This document shows, in pieces, positions 8,418 through 16,601 of a DNA stretch of 39,627 bases. Position 1 is the stretch's first letter, and every line of letters begins with the position of its first letter. Below the pieces are notes generated by a model. The model was not told the origin of the DNA. It did not search any database and was given only the letters and a program-made list of their open reading frames with translations. The DNA comes from Clostridiales bacterium (GTDB lineage: Bacteria > Bacillota > Clostridia > Christensenellales > DUVY01): the NCBI GenBank assembly GCA_012512255.1, contig JAAZDJ010000032.1, positions 1 through 39,627 on the forward strand, given 5' to 3'. Both the position numbers and the translations under genes were made by a program.

Positions 8418-10229
8418 ATGATAAAAAAACTATTGACAATCTTGTTATGCATAGCGCTTGGGCTGGGCGTTTTGTCGGGCTGCAGGCTGTTTGTGCTGAA
8501 CGAGGAAAAAGACTTGGCCGAATCGGTGGCCGTTATAGCGTCAAGAACTTTGCCCATAAAAATCAAAAAAGACAACGGCGGTTTTGAGGACAGCATGTTT
8601 ACCTCAGAAGAAAGGGTTGTTTCCAAGCTTGAATTATATAATGTTTTTAGGCAATACGGCCAAGACTATCAATCCCAATACGGCATGTCGGCCCAAGAAG
8701 CTTATGACAAACTGCTTGACCAGTTAATTGAACGCGAGTTATTGATAAACGAAGCCCAAAGGCTTATCGCCGCCAACTTAATCAAATTCAGGCAATCCGA
8801 GCTAAACCAAATTTGGAAAAATGTATATGACCAGATTGACGACGAATTGTATGAGTTTGAAACCGAAATCGCCAAAGAATACGATCAAGAAATATATATA
8901 CGCGGACAAGGCGAAGACCTCGAGCCCGATTGGCCTGTCTTGGAATACGCCTACGCGCCTGACGAGGATGAAGACTCCGACTATGAAATAAAAGACAATA
9001 TTATTATGGACGAAGAGCCTTGGCAGCCCGAAGGCAGCAGGGGCCCTATATTTGATTATTCCATTATTGAACACGGCGCGGAAAAAGCCAAGCAAGCATA
9101 TTTTAAAACGGACGAATACCGCCTGGCCGCGTTAAAGACCGAGGCTTTGAGAAGATTTCTGCAAGGCATAAGGGAAAGAATTAACCCCGATATTTTGTCG
9201 CCCGCGAACGCGGCTAAGTTTGAAGCCGATCTTAAAAAAATAGACCAATACAAAAACACCCCGCCGCACGAATTCGCCAAATTATATACCCAGCTTCAAG
9301 ATTTTTGGTTTATAAGATATCTTTATTACGAAAACGCGTATAACGCGATGTTGTTTAACAAGCTGCAAGAATACGCCGAAAAGGATGTGGCGGTAACAGA
9401 AGAAGAGGTAAAAGCTTATTACAACAAAAAGTTAGCCGAACAAAAAGCTTCCTTTGACGCCGATATTTCCAATTATATCTCAGCGTTAAAAGACGGCAAC
9501 GACCTGATATTGTATCACCCTCAAGATGTAAAATGGTTTTATGTTAAGCATATACTGATTCCTTTTTCGGACGAGCAAAAAGCCAAGATTGACGAATACA
9601 AAAAGCTAGGCGTTAGCGAAGAAGCGGTTAAGGCTTTCAGGGATAAGCTTGCGGGTCAAATAACCTCTTATGCGCATGAGTTTGGCTATAATGTGGGCGA
9701 GCCCAAACATATATCCGTTATAGAAAACGAAATATATGGGAAAATGAAACATTTGGAGGGCAAGTCAAGTTCGGCCGAGCGGAAATTTGAACAGCTCATC
9801 TTCAAATACAATACCGACCCGGGCATCTTTAATAATGTCAAGGGTTATGGAATGCAGTACGCGACCGAAAAAGGCGAATCGGGATATCAGCTTGAGTTTG
9901 AGGAAGCGTCGTTTAAGCTGTTTGAAAAAGGCGTTCTGGGCGCCATTGAAAAGGCCGTTACCGACTACGGCGTGCATTATATAATGCTGTCTTCCATTGT
10001 CAAGCCTGAAACAAAACAACTGGGCGAATACACAAGCGTGTTCCAAGACGGCCTGCATGACACCACTTACCAAAAAGCTTTGGAAAAAGAGCTTTTGGAC
10101 AAGAAAAAAGCCGACGCTTTTACCAATTACCAAAACCAAATTCTTAAGCAGCTAAACAGGGAATGGAAGCCGTATATCACCATTTATAAAGACCGCTATA
10201 AAAGGCTTGTTAAGCTCGCGAAAGGCTAA
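8418..10229 (+). CDS. PrsA/SurA-like lipoprotein with a PpiC-type (parvulin) peptidyl-prolyl isomerase domain
   Basis: Signal peptide with lipobox (LGLGVLSGC). Parvulin-like core (FYVKHILIPF ... DYGVHYIMLS). Its position after mfd is common in Clostridia. Confidence 0.75.
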   Translation: MIKKLLTILLCIALGLGVLSGCRLFVLNEEKDLAESVAVIASRTLPIKIKKDNGGFEDSMFTSEERVVSKLELYNVFRQYGQDYQSQYGMSAQEAYDKLLDQLIERELLINEAQRLIAANLIKFRQSELNQIWKNVYDQIDDELYEFETEIAKEYDQEIYIRGQGEDLEPDWPVLEYAYAPDEDEDSDYEIKDNIIMDEEPWQPEGSRGPIFDYSIIEHGAEKAKQAYFKTDEYRLAALKTEALRRFLQGIRERINPDILSPANAAKFEADLKKIDQYKNTPPHEFAKLYTQLQDFWFIRYLYYENAYNAMLFNKLQEYAEKDVAVTEEEVKAYYNKKLAEQKASFDADISNYISALKDGNDLILYHPQDVKWFYVKHILIPFSDEQKAKIDEYKKLGVSEEAVKAFRDKLAGQITSYAHEFGYNVGEPKHISVIENEIYGKMKHLEGKSSSAERKFEQLIFKYNTDPGIFNNVKGYGMQYATEKGESGYQLEFEEASFKLFEKGVLGAIEKAVTDYGVHYIMLSSIVKPETKQLGEYTSVFQDGLHDTTYQKALEKELLDKKKADAFTNYQNQILKQLNREWKPYITIYKDRYKRLVKLAKG

Positions 10230-10267
10230 TAAGGCTTTAATATAAAACTTTATAAAACGCATTATTA

Positions 10268-10303
10268 AAAAATATGCCCTTTCGCTTATCGGGCATATTT
10301 TTA
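10268..10303 (+). terminator. Intrinsic terminator after the PrsA-like gene
   Basis: aaaatatgccc (10269-10279) pairs with gggcatatttt (10291-10301). The loop is 11 nt, and the 3' arm ends in a short T run. Confidence 0.75.
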
Positions 10304-10322
10304 TAAATATGGGAGATTAATT

Positions 10323-11372
10323 ATGTTTATTAGCAAAAAGGCGCAAACCATCCGAGAATATACGGCGGGCGAGCAAATCAATTGGGGATATATCAAACTA
10401 AACTCCAACGAAAACGCCTATCCGCCGTCCAAAGCCGTGTTAAAGGCTATTAAAGACGAAACCAGGCTTAACTATTATCCCAATCCCAAAGCCGAGGGTC
10501 TAAAAAAGGCGCTGGGCAAACTGTATGGCATTAATCCCGATAATATTTTTATCGGCAACGGCAGCGACGAAGTTTTGGGGCTTGCGTATATAGCCTTTTT
10601 TGACCCAAAGGACAAGGATATCGTCTTTGCCGATATCACTTATAGTTTTTATCCCGTATGGGCCGAGCTTTATGATATCAATTACCGCGAAATACCCGTA
10701 GGGGACGACTTTGCCATTAACGCGGACGATTATCTAAATCTAAATAACTGCCAAGGCATTATTATAGCCAACCCGAACGCGCCCACTTCTTTGGAAATGG
10801 CTTATAAGGACATTTTAAAGATTGTAAAAGCCAACCAAGACAAGGTAATAATCATAGACGAAGCTTACGCGGATTTTGGGACTTATAACTGTTTGGATTT
10901 GGCCAAAGAATATAACAATGTCTTAATCGTGCGCACTTTTTCCAAAGCTTGGGCGCTGGCGGGCCTAAGATGCGGCTTTGCATTCGGGGATATTAATTTA
11001 ATAAAAGGCCTTGAAAAGATAAGGGATTGTTTTAACAGTTACTCTATTGACCGCCTTGCCCAGGCGGGCGCGATGGCCGCGGTAAACGATTACGAACACG
11101 CTAAAAAGACAACAAATAAAATAATTAACACCCGCCAAAGAGTAATCTCGTCCTTAAAAGAAAAAGGCTATAATGTGCTTGATTCTAAGACTAACTTTAT
11201 CTTTTTTAAGCCCAATTTGCCCGCAAAGACCGTAGCGCAAAGACTAAAAGAGCGCAAAATTTTGGTAAGGCATTTTGACAACCCTAAAACAAAAGATTAT
11301 CTAAGGGTAAGCATCGGCGCGGACGAGCAAATGGATAAGTTTTTGGACGCGCTTGCAAAAGTCGATAAATAA
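10323..11372 (+). CDS. hisC: Histidinol-phosphate aminotransferase (class II PLP aminotransferase)
   Basis: KLNSNENAYPPS, GNGSDE and the PLP-lysine context RTFSKAWALAGLRCGF are present. GGGAG SD lies upstream. Confidence 0.85.
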   Translation: MFISKKAQTIREYTAGEQINWGYIKLNSNENAYPPSKAVLKAIKDETRLNYYPNPKAEGLKKALGKLYGINPDNIFIGNGSDEVLGLAYIAFFDPKDKDIVFADITYSFYPVWAELYDINYREIPVGDDFAINADDYLNLNNCQGIIIANPNAPTSLEMAYKDILKIVKANQDKVIIIDEAYADFGTYNCLDLAKEYNNVLIVRTFSKAWALAGLRCGFAFGDINLIKGLEKIRDCFNSYSIDRLAQAGAMAAVNDYEHAKKTTNKIINTRQRVISSLKEKGYNVLDSKTNFIFFKPNLPAKTVAQRLKERKILVRHFDNPKTKDYLRVSIGADEQMDKFLDALAKVDK

Positions 11373-11401
11373 AAAAATCTTTCATTTTTATTATAAATCG
11401 T

Positions 11402-11431
11402 TTGATTTAAAATAAACGCCAATGGTATAAT
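11402..11431 (+). promoter_or_regulatory. Extended -10 promoter of the corA leader: TTGATT (11402-11407), 18 nt, TGgTATAAT (11423-11431)
   Basis: Good -35 and a perfect TATAAT preceded by TGg. It lies 20 nt upstream of the leader ORF's ATG (11452). Confidence 0.65.
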
Positions 11432-11451
11432 CAATTTTAGGAGTTTATATT

Positions 11452-11490
11452 ATGGACGACCCTAGCGGGAGAAGCAAAATATTAAATTAG
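11452..11490 (+). CDS. Candidate 12-codon leader peptide (MDDPSGRSKILN) of the corA attenuator
   Basis: AGGAG (11439-11443) lies 8 nt before the ATG. The ORF ends at TAG 11488-11490, immediately abutting the antiterminator strand. It is too short to appear in the ORF track. Confidence 0.4.
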   Translation: MDDPSGRSKILN

Positions 11491-11520
11491 ACAATTAACC
11501 GCCCGTTTAAAGATAATTAA

Positions 11521-11550
11521 TGCGCGGTTAATTGTTCCGCGCATTTTTTA
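11521..11550 (+). terminator. Intrinsic terminator (attenuator) inside the corA leader
   Basis: tgcgcgg (11521-11527) pairs with ccgcgca (11537-11543), followed by TTTTTT (11544-11549). It lies 24 nt upstream of the corA ATG. It competes with an alternative 13-bp pairing, 11490-11502 with 11524-11536. Confidence 0.75.
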
Positions 11551-11573
11551 TAATAATAAATAGGCGATGTGTT

Positions 11574-12518
11574 ATGGTAAGATACTTTTTTACTCCTGTC
11601 GGCGAAAAAAACGCCCATGAAATTGAGTCCGCGGCCAAAAACTGCTGGATTCATATGGAAAACCCAAACGATTTGGAAATAGAAAACATATCGGCTGTCA
11701 CGGGCGCGCCCGCGCAGATGATAAAAGCGGCTCTGGACGAAGAAGAGCGCGCGCGTATTGAAATTGAAGACCAATGCAAACTTATCTTGGTTGATATCCC
11801 TATAATGAACGAGTCCGAGGAAGGAGAGTCTTATTATTATAACACATTGCCGTTAGGCATAATCATAACCGGGGAGCATTTTATCACCGTTTGCCTAAAG
11901 CCCACCTCGGTTATTAGCGATTTTATACAGGGCAGGATAAAGGGCTTTGATATTAACAAGCCCACCAGGTTTTTGTATCAAATTCTTTATAACAACTCGG
12001 TTAAATTTTTGCATTATCTAAGGCAAATAGACAAATTAAGCAACCGCATACAGCTCAAACTGCACAAATCAATGAAAAATAAAGAGCTTATCCAGTTGCT
12101 TGAGCTGGAAAAGTCTTTGGTTTATTTCTCCACGTCCATAAAGTCCAATCACGCCGTTTTGGAAAAAGTTTTGGCGAGCTCAATCGTCAAGCACTATGAC
12201 GAAGACCAAGATATCTTGGACGACGCCGTCATAGAAAGCCGTCAGGCCATGGAAATGGCCGATATTTACCGCGACGTGCTAAGCGGCACAATGGACGCTT
12301 TCGCCTCGGTTATCGGCAACAACCAAAACAAAGTGATGAAACTCTTAACCGCCTTGACCATTATTATCACTATACCCACCTTGATAGCGTCCTTTTTCGG
12401 CATGAACACGCCGCTGCCGCTGCAAACCCACAAACTCGGGTTTTGGATAATCGTAGGGATCTCGGCTTTATGCTCAGGGATTGCGGCGTTGATTATGTAT
12501 AGAAAAAAGATGTTTTAG
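11574..12518 (+). CDS. corA: CorA-family Mg2+/Co2+ transporter
   Basis: C-terminal two-TM region with the GMN signature (FFGMNTPLP). The track start 11532 lies inside the terminator hairpin, so the in-frame ATG 11574 (MVRYFFTP) is preferred. Confidence 0.85.
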   Translation: MVRYFFTPVGEKNAHEIESAAKNCWIHMENPNDLEIENISAVTGAPAQMIKAALDEEERARIEIEDQCKLILVDIPIMNESEEGESYYYNTLPLGIIITGEHFITVCLKPTSVISDFIQGRIKGFDINKPTRFLYQILYNNSVKFLHYLRQIDKLSNRIQLKLHKSMKNKELIQLLELEKSLVYFSTSIKSNHAVLEKVLASSIVKHYDEDQDILDDAVIESRQAMEMADIYRDVLSGTMDAFASVIGNNQNKVMKLLTALTIIITIPTLIASFFGMNTPLPLQTHKLGFWIIVGISALCSGIAALIMYRKKMF

Positions 12519-12520
12519 AT

Positions 12521-12560
12521 AAAAAAATCCTCTCAAAACGGCTTTGAGAGGATTTTTTTT
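12521..12560. terminator. Bidirectional intrinsic terminator between convergent corA and the LysM gene
   Basis: atcctctcaaa (12527-12537) pairs with tttgagaggat (12543-12553). The loop is 5 nt. An A run flanks it on the 5' side and a T run on the 3' side. Confidence 0.85.
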
Positions 12561-12575
12561 AGAGTTTTGGGCGAT

Positions 12576-14111
12576 TTATATGTCTGCCGTTATTTGACGA
12601 TAAATTAATATTCGTTCTCCCGCGGGCAAAGGCTCTTTAAGGTTGGGGTTGTTTTTTAGGATTATCTCGGGAGTGGTATGCAGCGCTTTGGCGACATCCC
12701 ATAACTTTTCGCCCTGGCGGGTTATGTAAACCGCTATCGCGCTGTCTTTGGCTATTTTTAATTCGCCAATTTGAATATCCTTTATGTAATAGCCGATTTT
12801 TTTCTTATACACATTTATGCAAAACTTGACGTCGGCTTTTAGTTCGATCTCGCCTCTTTTTCTGGGCTGCGCCCAAACTTTCAGGATGCAAGCCTTGCCG
12901 TCAAAGTCTAGCTCGCCTTGGGGCAGGTCGCACTTGACGGTTAAGGAATACGGCAGCTCCACGGACACTGAGTTTCGGGTTTCGTATTCGTTGTTCCAAT
13001 AGATTATGCCCGTATGCAAAACGCCTTCTATTGTAAGCTTGTCGCCTTCGTTATAGATATTGGCCACTTGGGCTTTGGAAGAGGTAAGGCAAACAATTTT
13101 GTCCACGGCGGGCAATTCCTCGCCCAAATCGGCCGCGCCCTCTATTGACTCGTCAATTACCTTGACGCCTTCGAACTGCTTGATATCTATGCTCTCGCCT
13201 ATGATTTTGATTTCTTTGGATACGCTGAACGCGTCCACGACGGTCGCGGCTTTGGCCTTGCCGATGGCGCGGCAATCGGCGCCCATCTTAAAATCGCATT
13301 TGATTGTTTTGCTCTGGGTCGCCAAATCGTCCGTCAAGGTTACCGTAAAGCTGTTTATCTTTATGGAATATATGACTTTGTCGTCTATTCTGGCGCCCGG
13401 GGCGTTAATTTCTTGGGTGTATTCGGTTATAAAATTCTCGTTTTTTATAAGACCGTTTTCGGCGCTATATATCACATTAAGGTCAATCATCCCCGAAATA
13501 ATCACGCAGTCAAGGCCCGCGCTGACATCCTTTGTTATATGATTGGCTTCGCACAGCAAAATATTGACGATATTGTCTTTGGGCTCAAATTCCTCGGCTA
13601 CCAAAAATGTCTCCGCGCTTTTGGCGCTTATTATATCGTATTCTATCTCCTCGGTCTGAGTATAAATATCGTCAGCGCCCTCTTTTAACAGGTTGAGGCG
13701 TTCGCTTATCAGGACTTTGCAGCATATCTCTATGGCCGCCGATATCTTAAGCTCGGTTTGGGTAACCGAAACAGTTTCGGTATCCAGCACATGCGCTTCC
13801 AGCATTAATTCGCTTGAGGGCATTATGCAGTCATCAGCAATTTTATCAGAAAAGTCGGCGTTATAATCCATGCTGTTGGTCGCCCCTTCGTTGTCCAAAA
13901 ACAGCACTTTGAAATTGGCTCTGCCGTTATAACGCGCCTCGCCCGCAAGCGCCTCGTGCGACAAGATTTCGGCCTCGCAAGAAATTGTCAAAATCTTGGC
14001 TATCTTAACATCGGTCAAGGGCTGAAGCTTAGCCTCTATCGCTATTTGGTTGGGAGTGATATTTTTGAAATATTCCGCGGTTATTTCTTCAAAAATCAGT
14101 TCTGATGCCAT
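12576..14111 (-). CDS. LysM-domain protein with a long beta-rich N-terminal region (SpoVID-like / DUF3794-type spore-coat assembly candidate)
   Basis: C-terminal LysM (YITRQGEKLWDVAKALHTTPEIILKNNPNLKEPLPAGERILIY). The real start is probably ATG 14111 (MASELIFEE), preceded by GGGGG. The 70-aa upstream extension in the track runs through the AT-rich promoter region. The DUF3794/SpoVID assignment is from memory of the family, not a search. Confidence 0.7.
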   Translation of the reverse strand: MASELIFEEITAEYFKNITPNQIAIEAKLQPLTDVKIAKILTISCEAEILSHEALAGEARYNGRANFKVLFLDNEGATNSMDYNADFSDKIADDCIMPSSELMLEAHVLDTETVSVTQTELKISAAIEICCKVLISERLNLLKEGADDIYTQTEEIEYDIISAKSAETFLVAEEFEPKDNIVNILLCEANHITKDVSAGLDCVIISGMIDLNVIYSAENGLIKNENFITEYTQEINAPGARIDDKVIYSIKINSFTVTLTDDLATQSKTIKCDFKMGADCRAIGKAKAATVVDAFSVSKEIKIIGESIDIKQFEGVKVIDESIEGAADLGEELPAVDKIVCLTSSKAQVANIYNEGDKLTIEGVLHTGIIYWNNEYETRNSVSVELPYSLTVKCDLPQGELDFDGKACILKVWAQPRKRGEIELKADVKFCINVYKKKIGYYIKDIQIGELKIAKDSAIAVYITRQGEKLWDVAKALHTTPEIILKNNPNLKEPLPAGERILIYRQITADI

Positions 14112-14321
14112 AAGAATGCCCCCTGTTAATTTACAGTGTAACAATATATTGTATAGCCTAACCTGGCGATTTATGACTATAAAAATATATAAATAAAAAA
14201 GTTTTTTAAACGGGCGCGAATAATTGGTCTGTTTAATTTTGGGGGTATTGGGGCATAATACAAGCGTTGGAATTTTTTTGGTTTTTTGGCAAAATATTTT
14301 TTCACATAAGGAGAATCCCAA

Positions 14322-14579
14322 ATGAGAAAGCCTGTTTATGAAATGGACGCCGTTAAAGAACGGATCTTGAGCTTAAAAGGAAAAAATATAAAACTAACCG
14401 TCCATCGCGGACGAAAACGCTATGTCCGTTATACAGGCGTTTTGGAAGAGATTTATCCGGCTGTTTTTACCGTAAGGGTCAACGAGCAAAAAGCTATGGA
14501 TATTATAACTTATTCGTATTCAGACGTTTTATGCGGCGATGTCAAAATTACGCTTTGGGATACGGCGTCGGCCACTTAA
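14322..14579 (+). CDS. veg: Veg protein (biofilm/sporulation-associated small DNA-binding protein)
   Basis: 85 aa. ...LKGKNIKLTVHRGRKRYVRYTGVLEEIYPAVFTVRV...ITYSYSDVLCGDVKI matches the Veg family. AAGGAG SD lies upstream. Confidence 0.9.
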   Translation: MRKPVYEMDAVKERILSLKGKNIKLTVHRGRKRYVRYTGVLEEIYPAVFTVRVNEQKAMDIITYSYSDVLCGDVKITLWDTASAT

Positions 14580-14584
14580 AAATT

Positions 14585-15364
14585 TTAAATAAATATAAAA
14601 GACAGCAAAGACATCAATATAAGATATATTGAAAATCCCCAAAAATTGAGTTTGGCGATAATTTTTAGCATAATCTTGGCGGCAATATATCCGCTAATAA
14701 GCGCGCTTATAAAGCCCGCAATCAGCGCGCCCGCGCCGATATCGGAAGACACAACGCCTATATCAACAATATCAAAAACCACAGCGCCTAAGATTATGGG
14801 TATGCTCATCAAAAAAGAAAATTCGGTCGCTGTTTGGCGGTTTATTCCCAAAACAAGCCCCGAGCTTATGGTGGAGCCGCTTCGCGAGACGCCCGGAAAT
14901 ACCGCGACTCCTTGAAACACGCCCATAACCAAAGCTTTTTTTATATCAATGTTTTGCTCAATGCCAAGATTGGCCAGCGGACACGGCTTTTGCGTTGAGC
15001 GCGCAAAATCGCCTATGACCAAAAAAACGGCGCTTACCAAAAACCCCCAGCCCAAATACCGCCCGTCAAAAGAACTTTTCAAAAACCCCTCAAAAACCAA
15101 CGCTATCAAAACGGCCGGGATCATGGATACGGCTATCAACATTACGGGCTTGGAAAAAGGTTTGGAAAAAATCTTTTTTACTTGGTCAAACATTACTGCT
15201 ATTACGGCTATTAAAGTGGCAAGGTGCGCTATTATGTCAAAGCTTAACCCGCCCTCAATGCCCAAAACATTTTGCAAGAAAACCAAATGCCCGCTGCTTG
15301 ATATTGGCAGGAACTCGGTAAGGCCTTGAATTAGGCCCAAGATAATGGCTTCCCAGATTGTCAT
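14585..15364 (-). CDS. uppP: Undecaprenyl-diphosphate phosphatase
   Basis: MTIWEAIILGLIQGLTEFLPISSSGHL and PGVSRSGSTI motifs are present and the protein is polytopic. It is convergent with veg, with only 5 bp between the stop codons. Confidence 0.93.
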   Translation of the reverse strand: MTIWEAIILGLIQGLTEFLPISSSGHLVFLQNVLGIEGGLSFDIIAHLATLIAVIAVMFDQVKKIFSKPFSKPVMLIAVSMIPAVLIALVFEGFLKSSFDGRYLGWGFLVSAVFLVIGDFARSTQKPCPLANLGIEQNIDIKKALVMGVFQGVAVFPGVSRSGSTISSGLVLGINRQTATEFSFLMSIPIILGAVVFDIVDIGVVSSDIGAGALIAGFISALISGYIAAKIMLKIIAKLNFWGFSIYLILMSLLSFIFI

Positions 15365-15419
15365 AAATTATAAATATGGCAAAAGGCACAAAATAATGCC
15401 TGCGGGCGCGGATAAAACT

Positions 15420-15447
15420 TTAGATTTTTGGGGTTTTGTGCTATAAT
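15420..15447 (+). promoter_or_regulatory. Extended -10 promoter upstream of ychF: TTAGAT, 16 nt, TGcTATAAT
   Basis: -35-like TTAGAT at 15420-15425, TG at 15439-15440 and TATAAT at 15442-15447. Confidence 0.5.
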
Positions 15448-15489
15448 AAGTTTTGTTCTTTTCTTAGTTTTTTCGTCGGAGTTTTATAA

Positions 15490-16578
15490 ATGAAACTTGG
15501 CGTTGTGGGGCTGCCCAATGTGGGCAAAAGCACCCTTTTTAACGCGATAACAAACGCGCAAGCCGAGGTCGCGAACTATCCGTTTTGCACCATAGAACCC
15601 AATATCGGCGTAGTCAATGTTCCCGATCCAAGACTGGCAACTTTGGCCAAAATATACAATTCCAAAAAAATAACGCCAGCCGTCTTGGAATTTGTGGATA
15701 TCGCGGGCTTGGTCAAGGGCGCGAGCAAGGGCGAGGGCCTTGGCAATAAGTTTTTGTCGCATATACGCGAAGTGGACGCCATAGCGCATTTGGTAAGATG
15801 TTTTGACGATTCAAATATAATCCATGTTGACGAAGAGCTTGATCCGTTAAGGGATATGCAGACCATAGAATACGAGCTTATCTTGGCCGACTTGGAAAGC
15901 GTGGAAAAACGCATAGAACGGGCGCAAAAACTCGCCAAAGGCCAAGATAAAACAAGCCTAGACGAGCTTGAGTTGCTAAACAAAATAAAGGCGGCGCTAA
16001 ACAGCGGAAAACCCGCCCGCAGCGCTTTGCAAGACGAGGACGAGATTAACGCCGCCAAAGAATTTTGCTTGCTTACCTTAAAGCCCGTCATCTATTGCGC
16101 CAATATAGGCGAGGACGATTTGGATAAAGAAAACGAGCATATAAAAACCGTAAGGGAATACGCAAAAAGCCAAAACGCCGAGTTTATGGCGATTTGCGCT
16201 AAATTAGAAGAAGAGCTAACCGCCTTGCCGCCCCAAGAACGAAAGCAGTTTGCGCGCGAATTGGGGCTTAAAACAAGCGGGCTGGAACAGCTTATCTTGA
16301 CGGGATACAGGCTTTTGGATCTTATCAGCTTTTTGACCGTCAACGAAAAAGAGGCGCGGGCATGGACGATAAAAAAAGGCACAAAAGCGCAGCAAGCCGC
16401 GGGCAAGATCCATAGCGATTTTGAAAAAGGGTTTATAAGGGCCGAGGTTGTCCAATACCAAGACCTTGCGGAGTTAGGCTCTTACAGCGCGGCCAAAGAA
16501 AAAGGCAAGGTCCGAAGCGAAGGCAAGGACTATGTCATAAAAGAAGACGATGTGGTATTGTTTAGATTTAATGTTTAA
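15490..16578 (+). CDS. ychF: Ribosome-binding ATPase YchF (Obg-like)
   Basis: MKLGVVGLPNVGKSTLFNA P-loop, and a C-terminal TGS-like segment ending FRFNV. Confidence 0.95.
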   Translation: MKLGVVGLPNVGKSTLFNAITNAQAEVANYPFCTIEPNIGVVNVPDPRLATLAKIYNSKKITPAVLEFVDIAGLVKGASKGEGLGNKFLSHIREVDAIAHLVRCFDDSNIIHVDEELDPLRDMQTIEYELILADLESVEKRIERAQKLAKGQDKTSLDELELLNKIKAALNSGKPARSALQDEDEINAAKEFCLLTLKPVIYCANIGEDDLDKENEHIKTVREYAKSQNAEFMAICAKLEEELTALPPQERKQFARELGLKTSGLEQLILTGYRLLDLISFLTVNEKEARAWTIKKGTKAQQAAGKIHSDFEKGFIRAEVVQYQDLAELGSYSAAKEKGKVRSEGKDYVIKEDDVVLFRFNV

Positions 16579-16601
16579 TAATTATGGTATAATTTTTTCA
16601 A

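Noticed and set aside
11380-11573. Possible M-box riboswitch before corA, and possible T-box leaders before argS (32877-33090) and hisC (10230-10322).
   Set aside because: The leaders are too short: about 135 nt for corA, about 45 nt for argS and under 90 nt for hisC. I could not find the conserved M-box or T-box sequence elements by eye. The corA leader is better explained by the peptide/antiterminator model.
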